Shown piece by piece: positions 12,550 to 24,887 of a stretch of 64,000 bases of DNA. A model generated the notes under the pieces. That model did not search any database and was not told where the DNA came from. It was given only the letters and a program-made list of their open reading frames with translations. The DNA comes from Lepidodermella squamata (Eukaryota; Animalia; Gastrotricha), in NCBI GenBank assembly GCA_047495785.1, contig JBLDXI010000085.1, positions 62,001 through 126,000 on the forward strand. The letters run 5' to 3'. Positions within the stretch are counted from its first letter, which is position 1; the number at the start of each line of letters is the position of its first letter. A program made the translations under genes and the position numbers.

Positions 12550-14572
12550 TCAATCGTAAGTTTCACAGAGAAAAGCAGGCCCGCCGAATCCGCACGAGCC
12601 GTCGTACAAATAGCCACTTGCAAAAGCAGCACATGCATTAGCGCCGGCATTGGGGTTCGAATCAGACCATGGCGGAATGTTGGCGTAGGGCGTGCCATCA
12701 GCCCACGCCCATTGTCCTGAAACATTTGACAGGCCAATCAAGTCCGTTGACCCTGAGCTGATAATCGCTAGAACCGCGTCAAGTTCCGTCTGATTCTTGA
12801 TCGTTGCGATCATTCCGCCGATGCTCGCGCAAGTTGCGACAGCAGCGTCGCGACTTCCGCCGATTCGGTAGTTTACGAACGATTTGACAGCGTTCTGGCA
12901 TGCTGCTTCGCTCACGTAGTTTTTCGCAGGGTATTTAGTTTCACCAGCTAGGCAAGCAGTCGCTCGGCACGTAACCACGCCTCCAGACCCAAGACACCGG
13001 GAGAACACGGCCTAAGAAAACAAAACATTTTCAAAGCAAGATTTTCAAGATTCAAATCTTGGTAATAGCTTCGTAACTCACCGAGTTCAGCTCAGATAAG
13101 CACGCGTCGTAATTGATTTGAAAGGAAGTAGAGTTGGAGTAGAGCTTCATCTAATACAGGGACAGAATTAGATGTAATCGCCAACATTTTCACGTACCTT
13201 TGTCGAACCTGTAGGGCACGCCATTCCGACGCACAGCTTCGTTCCATTCGAATCACACTGGGCAGCAGCCTATAGAACAAAACAAGAAGGTTCAAGTTCA
13301 TCGCCTGGAAGCCATTAAGCAGGAATTTCAACTCACTCCTCGAAGGCAGTTCTGTTGGTTCATGTAGGGCTTCGGAGTTGCTTCTTGTGTTTCGTTGTTG
13401 GGCGAACAGCCCGCGGAGCTGAGACGACAGCCGGCAAAAGCTCGGCCTTGTGCTCCGAAACAGCGAACATGCGGCTTCTCAGTATCAGGTACATGAACTG
13501 AAATAGATTTCGTGTTGGAAATTGAAGCTCTGCATTCGGAGATATGAATAGTTTCCTTACTTTTCCCATCGACGCAAGCAGCAAGATTCGAAAACGTCTG
13601 GCCACCAGCAAGCTACCAAGATTTCATAAAAAATGAATGTTCGAAATTTTGTAATTTAAAAAATTTAAAATTATTTTTCCTTGTTTGAAATTTATTTTTT
13701 CGAAAATAAAACTTCGTTTTTTGAATCATCTGCTTACTGTGAAACATTTTCTCAAAAATTTAAGAAATCGTCAAAAATTTCAAAAAGACTAAAACTGTTG
13801 GATAGTTTAGAAATCACAGTCGCCTTAAATATTTATCATGCATTTCTGAAATTGTCCGAAATCAGGATATTGCCCTAATTTACTAACTCGATATTGGAAA
13901 AAAGACAAATACCGTGTTATTTGGGCACTTCTGAACCGGTGGGATGCATGTGATGAGTGACCCGTTCGACAAGCAGCGAATGAAATTCTGATTCTGAAAA
14001 AGCAAGCAAATACAATCAACGCATGGAAGTAAGCCAGGTTGTTACTTACCGCGAAGTTATTTCTTGCGTCATAACAGTACTGCATGCTGGAGCGAAGCGT
14101 TGCTGTGACGTAGAACGGCTGAAACTGGACAAAGTCGTTGATTCAGTTTTGTTTAATTGATACCAATGAAGAAAGCTAACCGATATTTCCTCAGGAGCTT
14201 TGCACGGTATCATGCCTGGTCGACAACTCGGTGTGAGAGCTGCGAATTTGTAGCACATTCGGGCATTCTGATGGGTCAAAGAAGCCAAACCGCTGCTTGA
14301 ACATTCTCGAGACAAATACTTACCCCACTTCGACACAAATCAAAGGTGCTAAAGTCAGGGCCAGACTATGGAAAACATGAGTTGCAAAGCTTTCATATTA
14401 GATCTGAAGTGTTAATTCAAACCTGGTATTCTTTTAATAAGTCGCATGTTGCTGAGCATGTTACGAACACGTTATCGAGTAGTGATAGGCATCGTCTCCA
14501 TTGGCACGAAACTCCGGCGATATGAAGAAACACGACCAGAAGACAAGTGTTGAAAAAACCTGCTTTCATCAT
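12550..14572 (-). CDS. Secreted protein: six 4-Cys modules (2 triplets) + C-terminal C-type lectin domain
   Basis: Starts MMKAGFFNTCLLVVFLHIAGVSC (signal peptide). About 10 small GT-AG exons. The last exon (13011-12550) encodes a CTLD (A..TCASIGGMIATIKNQTE..IGL..WAWADGT..W..NPN..C..YDGSC..FLCE). Confidence 0.8.
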
Positions 14573-15785
14573 GCTATTATTGAAAATAGAATCGAATGAG
14601 AAGGTCGAAAAGATGGCGCTTTATTAGTGTCCGAAAACAGATCTAAGGCTATAACCAGTGAAAAACAGTCTATAGCCTGCTATCGAAAACGCGTGACTAC
14701 TTTCGCCGTCCGAATACACAGAACGTATGCAGACGAAAACAATTTTTTTTTGTCAAAATTCAGATTATTAATAGAGAATTCTTCACGTCTTTTAAGGAGA
14801 GTAAAATTCAACAAAATTATTCGTGGCGCCACTCTCAACGCTTTTTACATTAAAACTGAGTTGAATTTTGATAAAATTGTAATAAGTAAGTAAGAAATAA
14901 GGATTTTAACCCTGATTTTGAATTTTGAATTACCCCCTGTTTTTTCGCATTTTTACACGTTTCAGAGGGTCCTGATTCCGACTCTATAGAAAGCTCAATT
15001 TACCCAAGGTATAGGGCGAATCGGTCAGGTGATTTGGGGTAAATTGGGTTTGAAAAATGTAGTTTAAACCCAATTATAAGGGTACTTGTAGCCAATTTAC
15101 CCCAAATCACCTGTGTACGAAGTAGTGTGCGAATAGTAGGATCCATGAGCTGAGGTGCTTCTAGCAAGTTTGTAGCACGCAGCCGAAGAAACCAAAGGGT
15201 CCCCTGAGGTTTTTTTAGCCTTGCTCTGTTAGAAGTACCGGAGCTGGGGTGTCCCAACAGCCCAGCACCCCTGTACTTCGCACCCTGAATTTAGTTATTA
15301 TGAGGGGTGAATGGTCGAATAGTTTTAATGCGTCATCAGAGCCAGTGTTATCATCGGCATCGTTTGCATCGTTCGAATTTAATTGTTTTTATTTCGATAT
15401 CGATTCACAATAATTTCCAACGCGAAGCATAACCTCCAAACACTATTTGTATATTTCACCGTTGAATGTGGTTGCTCAGTCAGCAATCGAAGCCATGAAC
15501 GGTGATCGATGGCTGATGAAATTTGGGCAGCCAATGGGTGTTTTTCTTTTTTCTACATCGGCAATGCCGACGATAATATACCCGGTTGATTCACTGGCAC
15601 CTGGGTTCCTCGCGCGCCAATGATGCGGAACATGCGTTGCTGCTGCGATTTTGAAGCAACACCAACATTTGCCGCGGCACGTTCAACCCCAAGGTTCAAC
15701 AGCCGTCACTTTTCGACCCCGAAGAGCTAGCAATGATTCAAACGCTCTTCAGCGAAATGTCGCTCCATCTGTTCCGTCCTTCCAG

Positions 15786-15973
15786 CAGTTTGAGAGAGAA
15801 TAATACAATTTTTTGCAAGGACGATGCTCGCTGGTCGCCGGAACCTGCTTGAGTTACGACGCAGAAGCAGACAACAGTGGCGCAGGACATTTTGTCGTTT
15901 GCTTTCTGATTGCTTCTTCGGTTCTTGCTCACTCCATGCGAAATGATTTGTTAATAAAAAGCAATTTTAATGA
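15786..15973 (+). pseudogene. Degenerate partial copy of the last CCP exon and 3' UTR of the 1981-11853 gene
   Basis: Near-identical to ~11746-11943 (aataatacaatt..gcaaggacgatgctcgctggtcgccggaacctgcttg..cagacaacagtggcgcagga). A TGC codon has become TGA. Confidence 0.8.
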
Positions 15974-16992
15974 GCTGAGTTAACGTTTTGAATGTTTATT
16001 ACAGTTTGATTTCAAATTTACAATAAGCATCGAGATTCGAGATCTTATTTATTAAGACGTAGTTAGTACCGAGATGAATAACGGACAGTGTTTCGAGCAC
16101 AGGAAAGGGTGTTGGGAGGAAGGGGAAGGGGAAACCCCCAGGCGTTCAAAAATTTCGGAGTTTTGTGAAAAACCGTCATATTATTGACGATAATGAAAAA
16201 CTGAGTCACAGTAAAAATCTCATTTTCGATTTCGAAGGGACATAAAATGGCCGCACGCAACGGTGAGCGGTATCAATTTTGCTGTAGCGTTTGGTCTCTC
16301 TCTCCGTAAAAGGAGGACTCAAAAAGCTCGATTTCACCCCTTGTGAGAAGGACGGAGATAGCAGAAAATCTGGCAAAAGAACAGAGTCCTCTAAGCCAAA
16401 CGTTTTTGTTACTATGTACGTTTTACGCCAATGCTGCAGTATTTGATAACGTCCCGAGCGCTTGTATTTCAATAGTTGAGTTGAGTTTATGAAATATTAA
16501 CATCACGGAATTTTTCCCCTGTTTCCGATGTCAAGGATTATCTCTACCTCTCTGATAGATTAGCTGCCTTCTAAAGTATATTCATCGCTCTTAATTGTTT
16601 TCGTGTGATCCAAGTATTCGATTTCATTTGAAATGACTGCCTCAGGTCTTGATGATACATCGTATAGTGGCAAAAAATAACATTACAAATTAGGCTCACA
16701 CGAGGGAAATTGGCGTAGTATGCACCTTCACACTGTAAGATATTTGATCTCATCAATGCGTCACTTAATCGATTGCTTCTCGTCTTGCTTTTCGCATCAC
16801 GCGAACACTAATATCCGCAAAGTATAGCGGATATTTCACGCCTGTGAGCACAGACCGTTTTTTTGCCGCATATTCACGGTAGTAGAAAAATTGCGCAGGA
16901 ATAATCTCAACTCCCACAAGGTCTTGTAATTTCCTCAAAAAAAAATCATTCCACTTTCAGGGGACATCTTTAAACTGCTTTATATCTTTTCG

Positions 16993-19583
16993 ATGGAGCT
17001 CCTCTACCTTCTGAGCTTTCTATTGCTGGCTGTTAAAACACAATCGAAAGATGCCGCCTTCAAGGTTTTGGCAAGCAACGACTCGTCAGTTCAGCCTCTT
17101 TGCGCTGAGAAATTTATCAGAGCTGTGCAAGCGATCAATGACGATAGGAAGAACTGTTCGAAGGTTGACATCGAATTTGCTGATCTACCCTCAATTTCTC
17201 GAATGCCGAACGGCAGAGATTTCTTATTTGTAGCGGCTAACAGCGTCTACGGCATGCGGGCTATGTCTTCGCTAACAAAACTTCTCGGACCGAATTCATT
17301 TTCTTTGCTTGGCGATACGGCTACAGATTTGGCGGCTGAATGGCAAACTAACGATGCTATCGTGAAAATCGCTACGACTTTTCGCTCCGGTTATATTGGA
17401 ATAGTTACTTCATTGAGCAACTGGCGAACAACTGTTCAGCTTAATCTAATGGCGCAATATAAAAATCTAATGGTATGTTGTTTCTACACATTTTCAAAAC
17501 TTTGATTCATCGCAGTTATTCCCTTATTTCCTATCAAATTTATTGAGTATTGGAAAATTCGCATAATTCGAGCGTTCTCTTCTTCGGGAGGCTGTTTCCG
17601 CTTTCCTGAATTTTATAGGATTATTGATCCATCCTACAGCGTCAGCATTTTTGGTCGTTTGATCACGTGATCGTAAACACAGTAGGAATTTTCCAAGAAT
17701 TTCACCTCCAAATTAGCTATCGGAATTTTCTATTTTGCGCTTGGCGGAGGACGAATTAAGTTTCCTTCCATATGACGTAAAGCAGACAGGGCTTTTCAAA
17801 ATTACTTTAAGTTTTAGTCGCGAAAACGCTATAATTTCCGATATCCGAGTTAACACCTCCGATGCAGGAAACTAACCGTTACTAGAACCTGCCGCTGAAA
17901 AAGTCTAAATTAAGATGTCTCCGGATGAGTGGCTTGGCTAAATTCCAAAGGATGGGTTGTAAAACTAAAACCTGGAAAACCGCCGGAGACCAAAAGTCAG
18001 ATATTGAAAAGGATGGGGAAACAATGGAAAAAGTGGAAAAGTTACGCTTTCGCTCATCAAATTACGAGCTATTTGTTCTCTTTCAGGTTGACGAAATTCA
18101 CGTTCCAAGACACACCCCACTTCGGAAAGCCCATTTCCTCATGTTAAGAGTGCTATTGCTGAGAAATCCGCAAGAAATCATCGAATGGCTGTGCGATTCC
18201 CAACCAACTTTTTCACGGGAATTTACATTTTTCATCACACCGACAAATATGGCTAACATTTCTAACATCGTCACGCCTACGCAATGCGACAATTCCACCT
18301 TGCAACAGCAATTAGCTAATTTGGTCTGGATGAGTCCATCAATCGAAATCAGCAGACCATCAGAAGATAAGTGCTTTGAATCATCGATACAACAACTTCA
18401 AAGCTTAAAGCTCACATGCGATGGTTCAAATTTCACGAGGGCCAATAGGCAAAGTCTTGCTTTCAAAATCTACCGATTTCCGTCGCAAAATCAATTGTGC
18501 GAAATGTTGAATTCAACCCTAAAATGCTCATCCGACCTGTTTTACCAGGTCAACACCCAAGGAATTGAATATCCGACGGAATATCCAAACGAAGATTCAG
18601 TCAAAATCCTAACAGCAATCAGTGGCGTATCGATCCTTATCATAACAGGCGTGGAAGCCGCAACACTCGCTATGAAAAAATTAGTAAAAGAAAAAGAAAC
18701 CGTGGCTTATTTCTTCGATATCGACGGCGCGGTGATTCTGGGAGTCGGATGTTTGCTGCTTCATATTTCCGTCATTGTCCAATTCCACGCTTCAGACTGC
18801 GATTGGTCACTTGTCGTGCCAAGTTTCGGCCTAATCCTAGTCAATGGCGTCCTATTCGCAAGATCCGCGACCCTAACGCGGTTGCTACATTACGGAAATT
18901 CGAGGATTCTCCATACCAGGAGTTACTTCATCAAATTATCGATAAATGTGATTAATGCGTTGAAAATTGCGAGGAAGCCGGGGCTGAGGCAGATCAAATC
19001 ACGCGATGCACCTGTTTCGACTCCGCCCCTTAATCAGAATCGGAAAAAGGCGACCTCAACCCTGCGGAGTACGATGAGTGAAGCGACTGAGACTATGACC
19101 CCGAAACAGGTCACTGAATTCACGGTAACAACCAGCGCGATTTTCGCTATCCTAACCGGACTTCTGCTTTTCATCTGGCTATTCGTGACTAAGCAATTCG
19201 AGGAGAAATCGAGCTTTCCCGGAATAATCAAGTTCTATTACGTAACAAGTGAATTTTGTCTCGAGGATAGCGACGTTCGTTGGATTATTGGATTTTGCGG
19301 TATCAATTTCGCCATGTTAGCTTCAAGCTGTTACTTCGCCGTTGAAGCTAGGCCTATACCTAGGGCTGGTCATCTCAAAGTTGACTGCCACATTCTGAGA
19401 CTGACAATAGCTCTGAGCAGTGGGCTGTTCGTTATCATGTTCTTCATTCTGCTTGGCCTACAGCAATGGATTGATCGTTTGGAGGCGTTGGCCTGTGGTG
19501 AAATTGCACTCGCAGATGCTGTTTTCTTCGCTTATTTCGCCCCTGTTTGGACAAGGCGTTGGCCAAAACCAGTTCACTTCTGA
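16993..19583 (+). CDS. Divergent class C GPCR (GABA-B/mGluR-like 7TM) with a short extracellular domain
   Basis: Exons 16993-17472 and 18087-19583, phase 0. Signal peptide; venus-flytrap-like start F..AV..IN; seven hydrophobic segments with class C-like motifs C.W....FG..L..G.LF.R...L and CYFAVEARPIP. Confidence 0.65.
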
Positions 19584-20129
19584 CCAAAATTCTGATAAAA
19601 TTATGTAATCCTCCTTGAAACTTGAAACATTAAATGTGATCCTTCCTCTACGGAATTCCTTTCATTTATCAAAGGTCGTATCGTCGATTGTCGTTAATTT
19701 TCTCATCGAAATAAAAATTGCGTTGTAATCAGCTTTCCACAAGCTTCGGATCGTATGAATCATCCCGCTCAATCAACGTTCAACTCAATCAATGACCAAA
19801 TGGAAAGACCCTAAGTATGTCGATTTTCCTTATTCTAAATAGTTCTGCTCTCTGGAGGAATCTTACACCCACTTCGAAAGGCCAAGGTGCGGAAACGGGG
19901 AAACCATGAAAACTACAGGGGGACCCTTTGGCCATAGGATTCGATATCGGACTGTCCTACTTCGCGCACTGTGTTTGTTTAGAAGGGTGGTTGAGCTGGG
20001 AGCCAGAAGTAACCACCTTGGGAGATGTTTTTATTCACCTGGCCTTAGATTATTCTAAATTCGAAAATCGATTAGATGAAACAATGAAAAACTTGAATTC
20101 AATTTTTATTATTTTTTACTAATTCATTT

Positions 20130-21486
20130 TTAAGGCAATTTATTTTCCAGTTCGATGTCATCCTCGTAGTAATCATCAAAGTAGTAAACTTTTGACGGAG
20201 ATCTTGTTTGAACTTCCTCATTTTTCCCCAATCTAGTTGACGTTTTCCGAGTCGTTCGTGTCAGCGTAGTGGACCTTGCACCTTGCCTAGTGACCATGGT
20301 GAAACTCGATTTCTGAGTACTGCTCAACGATGTTGATGACATGGTTGTGCCTGGGATTGTAGCTTCCGAAGAATCTGACGCCTCATCGCACTCATTTTCC
20401 AGTTTCACAGTCGTTTGCCTAATCCAGTAGAGAACGGAACAAACGCGACTGTAAGAAGCTTCTCTTCCAGCTATTGAAAAAGATGAATTCCCAAGGATTT
20501 TCATAGACCTTGACCAATTTGCTCCGCATTCCTGATCACCAGATCGAATTCCGACAAGAACGTGAGATCCGTTCCTCTTACATGTCAAAGCGTCTCCAGT
20601 TAAGCTGGAACAAGCGTTGCTTTGTCTCAAATTCGAGCTGGTATAACATATTTCATTCCCGGAAACTCTGATATTGGAAGATTCAGTCACATTGGAAAGG
20701 CATTGTTCCTCATTTGAATCTGAACCACTTCCTACAGTAGCTCGACTCGGCAATTTAGTCCAGCCAACTCTCAAATCTTTTATAGTTGCAAAAATTTATT
20801 ATGAAAATTATGAAAATTACGATTGACTCACAGTTATAATCCGGTGAGCTGAAAATCAAAGAATTGAGGTCAATCTAAATTCTGGACAATATCCTACCAT
20901 TTATCATTACAAGAGTACGGCATGCAAATTGGAGTGATCGATGTGCATCCTGAAATGGGATTATTTCTAAGGTTTCATCGTACAATTTCACGTTTACCAG
21001 CAAGTTTCAGCAAGCAGAAATTATTCTGAGTCGACGAATAGTTGAAATGCTTTACGATTGATTCGATTTTAGAAGTGACTTCCGGATTCCCATAACCGGA
21101 AATCACTGAATAGTCGGTAATTCTGCTTGAAATCGAACAGCAGCTTGCTGTAGTCAAAATCCACTAGGAATTTCAGACTTTTGAATAATTGCGAGGTGAG
21201 AATCACTGAAATCACATGCCTTGTGGTTTATTACCGAAGCTCCACAACTCTGCTCCTTGATATTAAGCTTGATATGCCACGCGGAATTCTCGGATTTTAA
21301 ATTTCCGCATGTCTCTGGTTCTATTATTTCCTTTCGAGGTGCTAGCACGAATGGCTCGTCAAGGACTGGCCGAGTTGCAGCTATGGCAGTCACAGGTTCT
21401 TTCGTGGATGTAACACTGCGACTTGGCACTGAGACACTACAAGCGGAAGCTGAGTAAACAAGGCAAATTATAGCTAGCACTTTCAT
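20130..21486 (-). CDS. Trypsin-like serine protease homolog, catalytically inactive, with Thr-rich tail
   Basis: Multi-exon with signal peptide. Motifs CGASVI, WILTTASCC (His lost), NNFCLLKL (Asp lost), CSSLTGDALTC (GDSGG lost), YSRVCSVLYWI. Confidence 0.8.
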
Positions 21487-22806
21487 TTAAATTTTTTATA
21501 CGTGAGACTCATATGTGTTAAGAACCGCGTGTGAAGGAACACACTATCGTATCACCATTTGGCTTATTTTAATCTCTGTGAGATAAACAAAGCACGCATT
21601 TTAACAATGAATGACAATTTAAAAGGTTATCTTATGCCCACGCATGTCAGCAGATGATGGAAAATATAGTATCCGCAACCAGAGTTCAAAGTACAGGCGT
21701 TGTGACACCTCACTAGCAGGAAGGCTCAACAAACCACAGGCATAATGTGACGTAGATAGTAGATAGACCACGTCACATGACCACAGGGGGCCCTTTGGTT
21801 TCTTCGGCTTGGCATTTATTAACAACTCAGCTTCAGAATTCTTTACTTTGGGCACTGTCAACCACCGTCGTTTGGGATGAATTGGGCACTTGGGACAAAT
21901 TGGCTGAAAATTGATGCCATTATATTATTTTTGATAGCTCTAAAACTATAAGTCTGATCTGAGTAAAAATGTGTACCGGTTATCTTCAACCTATATCTAT
22001 AAAAATTTGCAGCTATGTCCCATAATGAGTCAAGCCGGTAATTACAGGTCAGTTTAGGCGGGCTGAAACGACCAATATGAATTGAATTATCTAAAACCGA
22101 TTGATGGGCTTTGAGTTTGGATGCTATTTTTTCCTTCGATCATTTTCTTTGGTGATAACAGGAAAAAAACCGCGAACCGAGGCGAGGTATGGCTAAGTAA
22201 TTGCGCCTAAATTGTCCCATGGAAAATTCAATTATGAATTATGAGGCGAATTGTTATTTTGGTTATTTAATTGGTGCATTTAATTATGAGAACTTTTTGA
22301 ACGCCCTCCGACCATTTAGGACAGTCAGGAGAAGAGCCAGGAATATCAAAAAAATATTGAACAAATTTATTGAAAATATTTTATTAATAAAATGATAAGA
22401 TAAAATAAAAATAAAAATCTGGCAACTGGGAGTCGAACCCAAAGCAGACATACGGCGCATCATAACCACTCGGCCGTTCAACAATCTCATTCAACTTCTG
22501 CGATTCATTAGCCGTTTATCAAGATTAAGCTAAACAATTCACCCATATTTGATATTTGGGGCAAATTGGACAGGTTTTTTGTCGCGTTTGGCGAAAGGAA
22601 CGCGAAAAGCGCGAGATCGTGGTTTACTTGTTATTTCTATCCAATCAATATCTTTAATATCGCTTTACTGATATATCGATGTGCATACAAATGCTTCTCA
22701 GGAAATTTGACATTGCTGGTAACTTGGCGGATGAGCTCTATGCCAACCTGCGTAGAATCAGTAAAACGTTTTCGTTCAGTAAATCAAATTGTATTAAAGA
22801 CATATC

Positions 22807-23979
22807 ATGAGATCGCCCTTTGCTTTGCTGTTGTTGGCAAAGCTCGCGTCGATAGCATCTGCGACAACGATTGCTGGTAAGTTGAAGGCGAAATTCTCTG
22901 AACGTTGCCCGGCAGTTTTGTCGGAAAACCTGTTGATGGAACATGCAGCGTATTTCAACAACAGCAAGCCGCTTGTGGTGGATATCAATGTCGTCCCATA
23001 CCGTTTTGTTGGAATTGATGACGTGGAGCAAAAGATGTCTTTACTTTTAAATCTAAATATAATTTGGGGACTGCCATGCGAAGAACTCAAATGCACAGAT
23101 TTACTGTCCGAAACAGAATGCACGACACTTAGTCCTCCTGAGCTCTACTACCCAGTCCCTGTGTCGGGTATCTGGACTCCGATTATATATCATTTGTCAG
23201 CTTATCACTCACCAGATGTTGGTCGCAAATCTTATGACCAGCTCTTTGTATATCCATTGGAAACGTCGTATTCAATGGTATACATCATTTTCGACCGATT
23301 CGACGTTTCTTGCACGGCACTCAGCTACCGAAAATTCCCATTCGATACTCAATCTTGCTCGCTCGTTCTCGAATCACCTCATGCTCACAAAAACGTGGCT
23401 CTCCGCCTTGGAGCATTCGAAATCGACACATACGGAAATAACACCTTCATCGTTGATACAGATATATGGTCATTTATTGAGCTATTCGGATATAACAGAA
23501 CTGAAATACAACCGGGGGGTAATTACAATTTTGATCGAATCTACTTAACGATCCGATTCCAGCGCAAAAGTGGATATTACGTCTGGAACATCTTCGTCCC
23601 AACTATCACACTTTTCATCCTTCAAGTTGTGTCATTGATTGCCGAACCTGTCAACAGGGACCAATCGGCATTTTGCGTGACTGTTGTGCTGTCTTATGTG
23701 GTATTTCTTACAATAATCTTCGGCATGATTCCAATAACTTCAGACCATGTCTACCTTGTGTATATGGTCGCAGCTAAATTCATCGTTGCTGTCGTCATCA
23801 CAGCCCACACTTGCTTGAGTCCCAGTATCCCAGAGCCACTGAAATCTCGCGTATTCAAGTTGAACAATTCCGTTGCCTTGCCCATGCATCGCCTTGTTGA
23901 CCTTGCAATAGCTGCAGCGGCAGTTATAGCAGTAACGATAATTGACGCAGTTCTCTTTTCCTTGATGCTAATATCTTGA
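22807..23979 (+). CDS. Intronless pentameric ligand-gated ion channel subunit (divergent nAChR-like)
   Basis: Signal peptide, IWTP, Cys-loop CTALSYRKFPFDTQSC, RKSGYYVWNIFVP M1, nAChR-like M2 (VTVVLSYVVFL..IPITSDHV), four TM helices. Confidence 0.85.
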   Translation: MRSPFALLLLAKLASIASATTIAGKLKAKFSERCPAVLSENLLMEHAAYFNNSKPLVVDINVVPYRFVGIDDVEQKMSLLLNLNIIWGLPCEELKCTDLLSETECTTLSPPELYYPVPVSGIWTPIIYHLSAYHSPDVGRKSYDQLFVYPLETSYSMVYIIFDRFDVSCTALSYRKFPFDTQSCSLVLESPHAHKNVALRLGAFEIDTYGNNTFIVDTDIWSFIELFGYNRTEIQPGGNYNFDRIYLTIRFQRKSGYYVWNIFVPTITLFILQVVSLIAEPVNRDQSAFCVTVVLSYVVFLTIIFGMIPITSDHVYLVYMVAAKFIVAVVITAHTCLSPSIPEPLKSRVFKLNNSVALPMHRLVDLAIAAAAVIAVTIIDAVLFSLMLIS

Positions 23980-24887
23980 TGCCGAATCGCTTGTTGATTG
24001 TGATCCTAATCCTGTTTTTGATGTAGTGAATCCACAATTTTGGCTGATTGACTGCTATTTTTAGATTGACTGATAACAAACGAAAAGCATATCAATCGGA
24101 ATGGAGATCTTGGTGTCAAGTTTTTAAGCAGTGTAGAAATTCGAATTTGCTTGTCTTGGCGGAAGTCTTGGTGGCTGGGAGACTGCACGGGATTTTATTT
24201 TATCATCAATTTTGAAATGAGGAAACTAATTGGGCTGAAAGCGATCTCTTTTTTCCCCATAGTTTCTTTTCGAATTTTTCGCAAAGGGTTGAAATTAAAG
24301 TTCGCAAAAACCGAGGGGAACAGTTGTCTTCCTATGAAATGTTTATTCAGACTATTCCTTTGAGGTGTCAACAGGAGGACTGAACAAACCACAGGGCGAC
24401 CTTGGGATTTGAAAACTCAGCCTCAGAATCCTATACTTTGGGCACTGTTCGCATGCTCAGTTTGCCAATAGCATTGTCGAATTTTGGTAGATCCCATCTC
24501 CAGCCCTGAATCTAGCCTAATTTTGAACTTGTCTTACGTTTGACTTCAGAACCAAATTTCCGAATTTTCAATGTGTCTGATACCACTTTTCGAAACTCTC
24601 AAGGATGCCATGACGTATCAGCATAATTTTAGATAAATCATCTTTAAATTCAGCATAAAATTCTTTATCCAGAATTAGGTTCCGCAGCATGCCGATTTGG
24701 TTCCGCTAAAGGATATTCTGAATTTGAATAGGCCCTAATTACAGAGCGCGAAGTAGAACCCTCGAACTTGTGATCCAATATTGCCCTGAGCAAATTAAAG
24801 ACGCAAGCTCCAACAAGTTCAAGGTCAAGCTTATCAAAATTAACAAGTTTAATAATCGAAATTTCAAATAAAGATTGTTATCAGTTC

